A DNA stretch of 60,583 nucleotides, the filler included, from Stramenopiles sp. TOSAG23-2 (Eukaryota): the NCBI GenBank assembly GCA_900128395.1. It is 12 parts of 12 records of this genome, joined end to end, with 100 filler letters (N's around TTAATTAATTAA, not from the genome) between each part and the next. Parts side by side here need not be neighbours in the genome. Positions count along the whole stretch, not along the records: positions 41,912 to 48,078 come from LT650508.1; positions 48,179 to 54,331 come from LT650509.1; positions 54,432 to 60,583 come from LT650510.1; 9 more parts are not named here. One strand, 5' to 3'. The notes beneath the pieces were generated by a model. It was not told where the DNA came from. It worked only from the letters and a program-made list of their open reading frames with translations, and ran no database searches. Made by a program: the position numbers and the translations under genes. Shown here in pieces: positions 44,187 through 54,479 of this stretch (position 1 is its first letter; every line of letters begins with the position of its first letter).

Positions 44187-45650
44187 TTATGATACCTTCT
44201 TTTTTTTCTGTTTTCGCTTCTTCTTCTTTCCTTCTGCTGCCTCATTGGCTTTCATCTCTTTTCTTTTCTTCTTTTCTAATTTTTTTAATGCATTTTGTTC
44301 TTTACACATATCTTTGAATTTCTTAATATGAGATACAACATGTGTTGGAAGTTTATCTTCAAATTGTGGCAATTCTGCAGCAAATAATAGACTATGTGCC
44401 CAACCAGCATATGGTCCATAACAATCTCGAAATAAATTTCCAACACGCTCATGGACACTCTTCGTTAAGCTAACATTACGTAAGGCTGGATCAAAATCAC
44501 GAATGGCAATTTGTATAACATGTGTATCTACAGGAACGCATCCAGCTTGATCTAAAGAAAACAAAGCGACACAATCAGCAACTTTTGGCCCAACACCAGT
44601 TAATCCTCTTCTAGTAATATTTTCACCACCATTAGCTGCTAATGCTTTTAATTTTTTTTTATCAACTTTAAATGTCAATTCTTCTTTTACTTTCATACGA
44701 TCTAATGTTCGTAAAGCATTTAAAAATTCTATACCAGATTTATATTTTTTTACAGTCATCATATCTTTATCGAATATTTTCCCATTTTTTTTACTACTAC
44801 TATTACCACTGCTATGATTTGAATTAATATTATTATTCTTACGGATTGCTATTTCCATAGGTTGATTTAATTCTCTAGCAGATTCTTTAATGAAAACAGC
44901 GCGATAACCCATACCTAATTCACGCAATCTTTTTTCAGTAGCAATTTTATCTAATACCTCTATTGTAGGGAAAGAGTAACATTCAATATCTCTTTCATCA
45001 TCTTTGTATAATAATGTGCCATATTCCTTACGTAAGCTATCTAACATTTGTGTTATTCGTATAATATTATTACATGAACTACATAGAAAACTAAATAAAC
45101 ATTCAACAGGATCTTGTCTTAATATACGCATACCATATAATGAATTAGCAATATCTACAAAACTATTATCTGCATTTTTACACCATTCCATATATAATTG
45201 TTCTAAATTTGTATCTAATTGAAAATAATCATGTAATATTACTTTTGAATCCTCACCACAAACACTCGATGATGTTGTTGTTTTTATTGTGTTTGAAGGA
45301 AATTCCATGAATTTATTATTATCATTATTCGTATTACCAATCTTTTTTTCTCTTTTCACTACTATGTCTTCTTCTTCTTTTTCCTCATTCAATACATGAT
45401 AAAAAACATCATCTTTGGTTTGTTTCAATAAAAATACACGATTTCCCAATACACCAAAAAAATGTGGATGTTCTTTCATATCATCATCATCATCAACTTC
45501 ATTTTTTAACATTGGATATTTTTTCCAATTGAAACATTGCCCATTTGTCAAGGTTACGTCTAATCTTAACTCTTTAGGGGAAACATTTAAACTATACCAC
45601 TTTTTTCTTCTTGTAGCTTGTTTAATAGTTACTTTAGCAATTTTTTTCAT
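44187..45650 (-). CDS. OGG1: 8-oxoguanine DNA glycosylase/AP lyase
   Basis: LRLDVTLTNGQCFNW, GMRILRQDPVECLFSFLCSSCNNIIRI, LGMGYRA, HhH GVGPKVADC, VPVDTH, YAGWAHSLLF. Confidence 0.95.
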   Translation of the reverse strand: MKKIAKVTIKQATRRKKWYSLNVSPKELRLDVTLTNGQCFNWKKYPMLKNEVDDDDDMKEHPHFFGVLGNRVFLLKQTKDDVFYHVLNEEKEEEDIVVKREKKIGNTNNDNNKFMEFPSNTIKTTTSSSVCGEDSKVILHDYFQLDTNLEQLYMEWCKNADNSFVDIANSLYGMRILRQDPVECLFSFLCSSCNNIIRITQMLDSLRKEYGTLLYKDDERDIECYSFPTIEVLDKIATEKRLRELGMGYRAVFIKESARELNQPMEIAIRKNNNINSNHSSGNSSSKKNGKIFDKDMMTVKKYKSGIEFLNALRTLDRMKVKEELTFKVDKKKLKALAANGGENITRRGLTGVGPKVADCVALFSLDQAGCVPVDTHVIQIAIRDFDPALRNVSLTKSVHERVGNLFRDCYGPYAGWAHSLLFAAELPQFEDKLPTHVVSHIKKFKDMCKEQNALKKLEKKKRKEMKANEAAEGKKKKRKQKKKKVS

Positions 45651-45675
45651 TGTATATATATATTCTAATTAATTA

Positions 45676-45948
45676 CTATTTTTTCGTTGCTAAAACGTCA
45701 CTAATAATTTTAACCACAAAGCCTTTACTTAATTCTCCTGCTGTTTTGCCTGAAGAGGGTGGTGCAATATTGTTTTTCTCACACAGGGTGTTAAGCGTAT
45801 TTGAATATTTTTTTGCGTCCAATAAACGATTTTTAGTAGATGAAGGTTTATTATTATTTTCAATTATTGGTACTAATTTGATTTTATTACTTCTTGATGA
45901 ATTATATAAATTATTGTTGTTGTTATTATTCTTGTTGTTTGTTTGCAT
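45676..45948 (-). CDS. Small hypothetical ORF (90 aa) ending 25 nt before the OGG1 ATG
   Basis: ATG start, poly-Asn tract typical of this genome's proteins, coding-like composition. Confidence 0.4.
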   Translation of the reverse strand: MQTNNKNNNNNNNLYNSSRSNKIKLVPIIENNNKPSSTKNRLLDAKKYSNTLNTLCEKNNIAPPSSGKTAGELSKGFVVKIISDVLATKK

Positions 45949-46316
45949 ATCCTATATTGTTCTGTTATTCATACATACATACATACATATATATTTATTT
46001 ATTCTAGAATATGGTAAATCAAAGTGTGTTTTCTCTATATAAATATGTATATTTCTTATCACTTTTCTATTGACATCATAAATAACTTTTTTTTCATTTT
46101 TGTATTCCAGTATTCCTTGCTCATCATTTGCATTTTTTGTAAAAATTTATATTTCTTCTGTTGTTGCTGTTGTACCTTTCTGTGATTCCTATCATCTATC
46201 TATCTATATATATATATAATACAAATATATATTTGTAGTAGAAATAGTAAATAGAAGATATTGAAAATAGAAAGGGAAAACATATAATATAAACAAGAAG
46301 GAGACAAGTGGGAAGA

Positions 46317-46985
46317 ATGAATTATATACCACCTCCATATCCATCGCCATATGTATGGAATGAAATATTCAATGACGATAACAATCAAAATAATAAATGG
46401 TTAACGCCACATTATCATTTTCAACCTACTTATGTAAATAATAGTAAGATTAATTATCAACAACAATCCTCATCATCACCCTTATCACAACAAATATCAT
46501 CTCCATCACCAATATCGCCATCATCAAGTCATCCTTCTCCTTATCAGCAACAAGATGGATTCAATCAACATCAACAGCATCACCAAGTAAAACAAATAGA
46601 TCATCGAACCATGTCAAAGAATGGCAACATAGCATTTGATAATTCGTGGTTAAAAACATTTCGTGAAAATAAATTGAAACACGGTGATCCAGAAGCACTT
46701 GAATTACAAAAACAAGCGGAAGAATATGAAAAATATAAAAAAATGAAATCAAAGGCTAGAATGAAATTAAAGAAAAAAAATAAAAAGAACCACAATGGAC
46801 GTAATCATAAAAAATGGTATAATAATTATATCCCAAATGATCAAAAATATGTTGAAGATAGTACATTTGGTAATGTAGATAAATCAATGATTGAATCCGA
46901 GTTAAATGAACATTACATACGGCAATTAAATACATATAAAGATACAGAAGTATGGCCAGCTACGCCATTAAGATTTTTATCTTAG
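46317..46985 (+). CDS. Gemin8-like protein (candidate SMN-complex subunit)
   Basis: C-terminal MIESELNEHY...EVWPATPLRF resembles the Gemin8 E..LQ..F.....P..WP.IPL.F tail. Internal WLKTFRENKLKH resembles its F..T..H helix. Recalled similarity only. Confidence 0.5.
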   Translation: MNYIPPPYPSPYVWNEIFNDDNNQNNKWLTPHYHFQPTYVNNSKINYQQQSSSSPLSQQISSPSPISPSSSHPSPYQQQDGFNQHQQHHQVKQIDHRTMSKNGNIAFDNSWLKTFRENKLKHGDPEALELQKQAEEYEKYKKMKSKARMKLKKKNKKNHNGRNHKKWYNNYIPNDQKYVEDSTFGNVDKSMIESELNEHYIRQLNTYKDTEVWPATPLRFLS

Positions 46986-47302
46986 AGAGAGAATATATAT
47001 ATATGTATGTATTTTAGTCAAATATCTAATATTAAAATTTTTAAAAAAATATATATCCTTTCGTCTTTTGCACGCGTATCCCAAATTAACATTTTCAGAA
47101 CCAAAACACACTTCGCTCAGTGATGTAATAAAAACGTTTGACCACACACCACACACCTTTCATTATTATGACATATCTAATATGATATGATATCATAAAT
47201 CAAATCAAATATCACATACGTATCTTGTAGTTTTTGAAATCTTTCTACACGGGCACATCAATTTCATAATCTTCCCATTCGCACGCTTCATATTTTTTTT
47301 GT

Positions 47303-47950
47303 TTATTTACCTTCCTTTGCTTCCCTTCTTAAACGTACGCTATGATTGTAAACTCTTGCAATATTTACTTCACTTGTTGTTATTTGATTTTTTAAAAATG
47401 CTAAATCTTGCCTGGTTTGTTCAGCTTTTTCATGTGCTTTGCTTAAATTGTCACTTAAAATACCAATAGCATCTGCATAATTGTATTCAAGCATCACATT
47501 TGCTCCTAGCCACAAATATACGGTATTATTAGGATTGATATGTGCTTTCGCCCACACGTTGTCTGCCAAACTATAATTAATGTCAAGTTCTTTGTCATCA
47601 TCCGCAGCGGTTTTTAAACGTTTTACAGCATTTAAAGTTTTTTCAATTTCAGGTATTTTGGTTTTAAAAGTACGTAAATTATATACTAAATGTTGTTCCA
47701 TATATTTAAATTTACTATATTCTTGTTGCATGATTTCAAGAACACCTTCTATGAATTTCTCATCGACTTCAACACCACCACCTTCAGCACTTTCTTTTAA
47801 AAATTTATCAACATCTTCAATAAATAATGCAGTTGGTATATCAGCATTATTTTCACTTTTGGCTACTGTAATACCACCTATTTCACCACTGTTAATTTTC
47901 TTCCCTTTCGCTGCTGGTTGCGTTTCACCTGTTTTTTGTTCCGTTGCCAT
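47303..47950 (-). CDS. PFDN3: Prefoldin subunit 3
   Basis: IPTALFIEDV, YSKFKYME, KIPEIEKTL, VYLWLGANVMLEY, DLAFLKNQITTSEVNIARVYN. Confidence 0.96.
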   Translation of the reverse strand: MATEQKTGETQPAAKGKKINSGEIGGITVAKSENNADIPTALFIEDVDKFLKESAEGGGVEVDEKFIEGVLEIMQQEYSKFKYMEQHLVYNLRTFKTKIPEIEKTLNAVKRLKTAADDDKELDINYSLADNVWAKAHINPNNTVYLWLGANVMLEYNYADAIGILSDNLSKAHEKAEQTRQDLAFLKNQITTSEVNIARVYNHSVRLRREAKEGK

Positions 47951-48565
47951 GGTTTTGATATTGGTTGTTGTGTGTATGTGTGTGTGTGTGTGTGTGTAAT
48001 TATTCTTATTTTACGTTATAAATATGTATAAATGTATATGTCTTGCAATTGATACTCTCTCTCTCTCTCTCTCTCTCTNNNNNNNNNNNNNNNNNNNNNN
48101 NNNNNNNNNNNNNNNNNNNNNNTTAATTAATTAANNNNNNNNNNNNNNNNNNNNNNNNNNNNNNNNNNNNNNNNNNNNTAAAAAGATATTTTGTTCTATT
48201 TGTGCATTTTCAGCAATAATTTTTTTTTTAAAAAAAATAAATAATTATTTCCTGGATTGCAACGATTGTTATTGTACCAAATATATATTTATCATGATAT
48301 ATATATTATACGATGATGACGAGTTTGGCACACACTTGCATCGCCGCGTCTACAAACAATATATATATATATATATTGTATCATTTACTTCTTCTTCTTC
48401 TTGTTTTGTTGTTATTACTGTATTATATATTTCATATAAGCAATTTAACAAAGAAAAAATATAATTGGAAATAACAATTATATATATTGGAACATTCATT
48501 TGTGATATTATTTTAATATTTATATTCAAAAAAAGATATTGTTATAGTATATATCATAGAGTAAG

Positions 48566-50365
48566 ATGGGAAATAAAAATTCACCACAAGCAAAGAAAAA
48601 TAAATTGGCGCAGAAATATATGCCAAGTTTCAAAGAAACGGCTGGTGTTGCAGTAGATCGAGCGTTACGTTTTGGTAGAAGTGAAGCTGGGAAACATGGT
48701 GCAGTATTAGGAGTACATTTAGATGACCGTCCAAATGGTAGTATGGTTGTATGTTCAGAATATACAATAGAGTTATTTAATCCAATCTCAGGAGATCGAA
48801 GATTACGTAAAACACCTTTTGGTGATGGTATTATTACATGCGTTGCATTTCAACAAGATTCATGTTTTGATAAACCAGTGCTAGTATACGGAACCAGACG
48901 TGGATTTTTATATTTTCTTGATTTAGAAGAATTGAGTTTAGTAAAGGCAATTGAAGTAGATGTTTTACTTTCTGGAAAAAAAAAAAAAAAAGAATCTACA
49001 GTTGAAATTAATCTAAATAATTATAGTGAGGATGAAGGTGGATTACAAATGAAATCAATGGGTAGTGGTGGTGGAGGAGGAGGAATGATGATGGAAGAAG
49101 AGCAACAAAGCAGCAATATCCAAAGTAATACTAGTAAGGTGGGAGAAAATGCAGAAAATAAATTTAAATCTGGATGGCAACAAGAAATATCTGGTAAAGG
49201 TATATCCTCGTTAAATTTCATATCTTCTACTAATATATTAGTTGGTGCAGATGATGGAAGAGTCCATGAATTTGGATTGAATTATGGTGGTACGACAAGT
49301 TTATATCGACCACCATTAGATGGTGCATTTGATGTTTCACCTGTCATCAATGCGATACCTGTTGGTGATTCAAATTTAATTGTAGGTCATGCAAATGGTG
49401 ACATACACGTTTATGCAAGACATAATCAAAATTCACATAGTGCTTTAAGTATACGAAATGGTAAATGGCAACAAAAATTACCATCATTAGCAGTATATTC
49501 CACAGATGTTATGATTAATTTTGGCAGGCACAATGGTTTTTGCACGTTTAATAGTAATTCACATATATGTCGTGTCTACATGTTTACTACCCGTGCAGCA
49601 AAAGTATATGATTTTACTTCTATGATGAATAAATTAAAATTACAAAATGCATATGTAACATGTGGATGGTACGATGATGAACGACAAGTTTTATTTACAG
49701 GCCATTCAGATGGTACATTTTTATTACGCGATGTTAAACTCGGTTCAAAAGATGGTATTGTAAAAATCCAAATTACAAAGGTTGGCCAAGCTGCGCATAA
49801 AATGCAAAAAATACCAACAGCACCAAAAGGACGTCGTGAAATTAATCATGTATTACCAACATGTATAACATCATTACGATACGATGGACAAAATGATCAA
49901 TTGTTGACAGGTGATTATCAAGGTATTAGTCGTGTCAAATTATATGCAACTGGTAAAGAAACCTTGAAAGTTCGTGCTATTCGTGGTAGTAGTTTACAAC
50001 AAGGTGGTGGAGAGGATGAAAAAATAGCAGCTGCTGCTGTTGCCAATATTAATAAAAAGAAAAAAATGGTTACAATAAAGGAAGAAATGAAAGATAAAAA
50101 TGTTGATCAACCAAAAATGAAAAAGAAAAAGGAAATACTTGATACAGAAAAAGAAGCAGAACGAATAATTGCTGAAATGAATATGGCAAATGAGTTAAAT
50201 GATGATAGTACTAATAATACTATTAGTAATAAAACGACAACGACGACGAGAAGAAGTGATATAAATAATAGTAATGATGGAAATATTGAAGAAGAATTAA
50301 TGCAAAAATCGAAAACAGAAGAAGAAGCTGAACGTATTATACGTGAAATGGGAATGATGAAATGA
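48566..50365 (+). CDS. WD40-like beta-propeller protein, candidate N-myristoylation
   Basis: Repeated strand-turn motifs (LVYGTRRG, LVGADDG, IVGHANG, LFTGHSDG, LLTGDYQG); MGNKNS start. Confidence 0.75.
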   Translation: MGNKNSPQAKKNKLAQKYMPSFKETAGVAVDRALRFGRSEAGKHGAVLGVHLDDRPNGSMVVCSEYTIELFNPISGDRRLRKTPFGDGIITCVAFQQDSCFDKPVLVYGTRRGFLYFLDLEELSLVKAIEVDVLLSGKKKKKESTVEINLNNYSEDEGGLQMKSMGSGGGGGGMMMEEEQQSSNIQSNTSKVGENAENKFKSGWQQEISGKGISSLNFISSTNILVGADDGRVHEFGLNYGGTTSLYRPPLDGAFDVSPVINAIPVGDSNLIVGHANGDIHVYARHNQNSHSALSIRNGKWQQKLPSLAVYSTDVMINFGRHNGFCTFNSNSHICRVYMFTTRAAKVYDFTSMMNKLKLQNAYVTCGWYDDERQVLFTGHSDGTFLLRDVKLGSKDGIVKIQITKVGQAAHKMQKIPTAPKGRREINHVLPTCITSLRYDGQNDQLLTGDYQGISRVKLYATGKETLKVRAIRGSSLQQGGGEDEKIAAAAVANINKKKKMVTIKEEMKDKNVDQPKMKKKKEILDTEKEAERIIAEMNMANELNDDSTNNTISNKTTTTTRRSDINNSNDGNIEEELMQKSKTEEEAERIIREMGMMK

Positions 50366-50522
50366 AAAAATTGTATATATATATATATACAGAGACTGGT
50401 TTTAAGCGCTCTAGGAGAGATAAAAATGTACACAGACACTGTGGTGTGTTTTGGTTAATAATTATATTTAAAAATTAAAATATTTTGGGTCTTTTTTTCT
50501 TTTTTTTTTACAGAGAGTCTTT

Positions 50523-51083
50523 CTAATATCTGCCTCCACCACGCCATGAACCTCTTCCTCTCCCTGGAGATCTTCCACGACCACCACCACGTCCACCACC
50601 ACGTCCACGTCCACGTCCACCACCACGTCCTCTGCCGCCACCACGTCCTCTACCACCACGGCCACCGCCACGGCCACGTCCTCTTCCACCACCACCTGAT
50701 TTTTTCTTCCCTGGATTCGTAAAACGTTCCATTGGAAGTAGTTTCATAGGGTCAATATATACTTTGTCATCTTTTTTAAAGGAAGTAGCTACAACTCCTG
50801 GATCTGCTTTTACACTGAAATACATTTCTGCCGTACGGCCAAAGACTTCTTCGATTTTTCCTATTTTTGATTTATTCTCAAGATAGATGAAGGCATTAAA
50901 ATATGGTACATCTTTGTGCGTTGATTTGCACACAAGTTCATTTTCACACGCATGTTGGAATTGCCCAACTTCTACAACTTTACTTGGTGGTCCCATATCT
51001 CTTGGTGGTCCTCTTCTGCCACCACGTCCACCACCTCTACCACCACGGCCACCACCACGTCCACCTCTTCCACGATAACTCAT
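50523..51083 (-). CDS. GAR1: H/ACA snoRNP subunit Gar1
   Basis: RGG-rich termini around GPP...HACE...[24 protein letters not shown]...KLLPMERF. Confidence 0.97.
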   Translation of the reverse strand: MSYRGRGGRGGGRGGRGGGRGGRRGPPRDMGPPSKVVEVGQFQHACENELVCKSTHKDVPYFNAFIYLENKSKIGKIEEVFGRTAEMYFSVKADPGVVATSFKKDDKVYIDPMKLLPMERFTNPGKKKSGGGGRGRGRGGGRGGRGRGGGRGRGGGRGRGRGGGRGGGRGRSPGRGRGSWRGGGRY

Positions 51084-51970
51084 TTTATATATAAATATAT
51101 TTTCGTTTTAAACTGTTTTAAAATCTTCTTCACCAAAAAAAAACTGTCTGAGTATACATCTATCGTATCGTATTCTCTCATCACCACCATGCACATCTAT
51201 CTATCTAATAATTTATAAATGGATTATTGACGGAGGAGTGTTTTTTCCTCTCTCGCTCCCGATCCATTCAATTCTTATACGCGATGTGGAAACAAATTGA
51301 TGCGTGTATCCCTTCCTGTGTCAATGCTATTATATTAGCATGTACATAGCAAAGGATATTCAATTCTTATACGCGATGTGGAAACAAATTGATGCGTGTA
51401 TCCCTTCCTGTGTCAATGCTATTATATTAGCATGTACACAGCAACGGATATCCATCATGTGTGTGCTATCTCCATACTATTGTAATTAGCAGGTGCATAG
51501 GGGGGGAATCTATATAAAATCATTTTTGCCTTATTAGTGAGTAGTTTGTTAAATTTAGATCCACCATTAATCGGTCCAACAAAATCCAAAATCTTCAGCT
51601 TTATTAGCTCCCAGAGTAGTGCTATGATAGTGCTAATATCGGATATTTATATTGACACATATCTATTAGTTTTGTAATTTCGGTCAACTGGCAATAGCTT
51701 TTTGCACAAAATATGGTATTTCAGTGCTGTGTAATGCTAATAGCTATTGCGCCAGGTGAGGTAAATCCTTCCATATTTGGATGTTGTTGTTTAGCTTCTT
51801 CATCACACCAATCAATAAAAAAGTAGTACTTTTTACAACAACAATAATTTTAATAATATTAATGTTGTTCATAGAATTTATAAAAAAATATACAACAAAC
51901 AGAGAGATCATAGTAGCTTGCCATATACATACATATATACATATATATACATGTAATGCATTAATTGAAA

Positions 51971-52606
51971 ATGAATGTATTAGCGAGAAAAGTAACTAAC
52001 AATTTAATTAGATCGACTAGATCTGCTCTTCCATTTTCTACCTCGAAAACTAATTCTTTGTTTCATCATAATAATATAAATCAAATAACAGGTAATAATG
52101 TAAATATTTTAACCAGACAAAGAAGAAAAAGAACAACGACAATTATAGGTACAAGTATAAATAATAATAATAATTATCATTATTATACTTTTTTAAAGGC
52201 AATGCCATCAATGTCGAGAAATTATGCAACGGGGTTGACTCCAGAAGATGCTGAAAAAATAGCTACGGCGAAGAAATTAGTTGAAAGTGTTGAAAATAAT
52301 CCACGCTTATTTTCTGCAAAAGAATTAAAAAAAAGAAGATGGCCTGTAATAATACAAGAACATGCAAGATTTCCAGGCGATACTGGTTCACCAGAGGTAC
52401 AAATAGCATTATTAACAGAAAAGATAACATATTTAACAGAACATTTCAAGGTTCATAAAAAGGATAAACATGGTAGACGTGGTTTGCAACATATATTAAA
52501 TCAAAGACATAAATTATTATTGTATTTACGAAGAAAAAATAAAGAACGATATGAAGCATTGATTGGAAAATTAAATTTAAAAGATCGATTTGAAAACAGA
52601 TTGTAA
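51971..52606 (+). CDS. MRPS15: Organellar (probably mitochondrial) ribosomal protein uS15
   Basis: DTGSPEVQIALLT...HFKVHKKDKHGRRGL...RHKLLLYL. The Arg/Ser/Thr-rich, acid-free N-terminal extension suggests a mitochondrial presequence. First ATG at 51971. Confidence 0.88.
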   Translation: MNVLARKVTNNLIRSTRSALPFSTSKTNSLFHHNNINQITGNNVNILTRQRRKRTTTIIGTSINNNNNYHYYTFLKAMPSMSRNYATGLTPEDAEKIATAKKLVESVENNPRLFSAKELKKRRWPVIIQEHARFPGDTGSPEVQIALLTEKITYLTEHFKVHKKDKHGRRGLQHILNQRHKLLLYLRRKNKERYEALIGKLNLKDRFENRL

Positions 52607-52814
52607 ACACAGGAAAAAAGAAGAAGAAGATCTAAATACCCACACGAGAATATATTAGATTCGTGCAGAGAGACACGATGAGTTTTTTATATATATTATA
52701 TATATGAAAGGTTGAAATTTTAAGAATATATATATATATGCGTACAAACGTCGAAATACTTTTTTTTATAAACACACATATACAGCAGTACGTATATTCC
52801 ACACAAATTTTTGA

Positions 52815-54209
52815 CTACACGCCACCCATCATCATCATCATATCATCGCCACCATTATTGTTGTTATTATTACTATATTCATCATCAGAACTACTATCTT
52901 CACTAGAGGATGACATATCCACTTCATCTTCTATTTCTGGGACTGGATATCTTAAAATAGCAGCAACACCACTTACTTGCTCTAATTGCTGACCACTCAA
53001 ATGTTGTGCACTGAAAATTTTAACAATACCACCAGCATCCCTGGTATTTTCAACTAGTGCAACATACATCTTTCTTTCCTCTAATTTACATGAACGAAAC
53101 AATGAATCACTAACTAATAAAACTTCAATAGCACCTAATTCACATGCACGTAAACAATGTGGATAGGAATAATATGCTCGACCAGGATCTTCACTTAATA
53201 TATGAAAAAATTTCCTCAGCATTTTTACCTCGGATGCTGCTTTTGTTTCGCTTATTTTTTGCTGTATCGCTTCATCCATAAATACTTCATTTAATGCATG
53301 TTTATGTCCAGATGATGAATGTGCCAATATAATTTGTGATTTATGTTCCGATATTTCTTTTAAATCCCGTTTAGAACATTGTGCTAATAACCAATTGTAA
53401 AATTCATTTCGTGTATATCCAGGAGAAGCAATTACTAAACATTTCACTTTGCCACTTGATTTTTTCTTTTGATCACCTTCATAACCGCCACTACTATGTG
53501 ATTTCATACTCATTTTCGAACCAGATTTTGGTTTTTTCTGACCTCGGCTACTATTACCTTTCTGTGGTGTATTATTATTATTCTGATGATGATCATGTGG
53601 TGCAAATTGTACATGTCGTAATATTGACTGTAAAATATTTTCATAAAATCGTCCAACTGCTTTTCCATGTCCACTTCGTCCAGATCTTTTACGTGGTATG
53701 GATTGTTCGATTTTTGCACGGACCACTGTCATATGTCCAGTCACTAAACATACTCGTGCCATAGCTTGCTGCCCTTGCTGCATGATCACAGCTGCTAAAT
53801 CAGCTTGTTGCTTTATATCCGTCGCTTCTGTTAACCTTTCCAAAAATACAGTATCCCAACATAATTTATGTAAAGTAAAATTACGGTGTAAGGCTAATTC
53901 CAAGGTATGATATTGTCCTATTTTTACATATTTATTTTCCTCCTTATTTTGCCCACTAATTCTTATTGTGCATTCTTGCGGATCAAAATCGACTTTTTTA
54001 ACATCTATTTTTAAATTTATTTTTACTTTTTTTGACGAGATACTACCTGTATTACCTTCTTGTATTACTTTACGCATAGTCACTGTTTTTATTAAATCAC
54101 CAACCATAATTAAATTATATGCATGCCACATATCTTCCCCTTCCTCCGCACGCAAACATACGTATCCTTCCCCATCTTTATTGGATATTACTTGTGACAC
54201 TATTTTCAT
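52815..54209 (-). CDS. PELO: Pelota/Dom34 ribosome-rescue factor
   Basis: EDMWHAYNLI, ENKYVKIGQYHTLEL, IPRKR, ASPGY, HSSSGHKHALNE, HLSGQQL...SGVAAILRYP. True start MKIVSQ at 54209. A ~50-aa low-complexity insert sits in the middle domain. Confidence 0.96.
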   Translation of the reverse strand: MKIVSQVISNKDGEGYVCLRAEEGEDMWHAYNLIMVGDLIKTVTMRKVIQEGNTGSISSKKVKINLKIDVKKVDFDPQECTIRISGQNKEENKYVKIGQYHTLELALHRNFTLHKLCWDTVFLERLTEATDIKQQADLAAVIMQQGQQAMARVCLVTGHMTVVRAKIEQSIPRKRSGRSGHGKAVGRFYENILQSILRHVQFAPHDHHQNNNNTPQKGNSSRGQKKPKSGSKMSMKSHSSGGYEGDQKKKSSGKVKCLVIASPGYTRNEFYNWLLAQCSKRDLKEISEHKSQIILAHSSSGHKHALNEVFMDEAIQQKISETKAASEVKMLRKFFHILSEDPGRAYYSYPHCLRACELGAIEVLLVSDSLFRSCKLEERKMYVALVENTRDAGGIVKIFSAQHLSGQQLEQVSGVAAILRYPVPEIEDEVDMSSSSEDSSSDDEYSNNNNNNGGDDMMMMMGGV

Positions 54210-54479
54210 ATCTGTTGCTTTGCCGTTGTCAATATTCCAAACATGTACACATACATATACATAAACACTTGCAGCAACACACACACACACACACACACAC
54301 ATACACACTTTGCTGTTGTCAAAACTAATATNNNNNNNNNNNNNNNNNNNNNNNNNNNNNNNNNNNNNNNNNNNNTTAATTAATTAANNNNNNNNNNNNN
54401 NNNNNNNNNNNNNNNNNNNNNNNNNNNNNNNAATAAATTGACCTTCCTCCGTTAAATCGTTGGAAACTTTTTCCATTTT

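Noticed and set aside
50468-51218. Val-rich, Pro-rich and His-rich short ORFs over GAR1, and similar shadow ORFs elsewhere (e.g. 5288-5680, 26036-26566)
   Set aside because: Alternate-frame or antisense shadows of low-complexity coding sequence.
51742-51766. U1 snRNA-like 5' end (ACCUCACCUGGCGC, minus strand)
   Set aside because: Deviates from AUACUUACCUGG and lacks recognisable U1-70K and U1A loops.
54210-54308. N-terminal MCMCVCVC extension of pelota
   Set aside because: Translation of a (TG)n microsatellite; the family start is MKIV at 54209.
54432-54479. Listed Kir start (METFSIL)
   Set aside because: TTG start inside a 48-nt segment copied from 58371-58418, which belongs to the opposite-strand gene.
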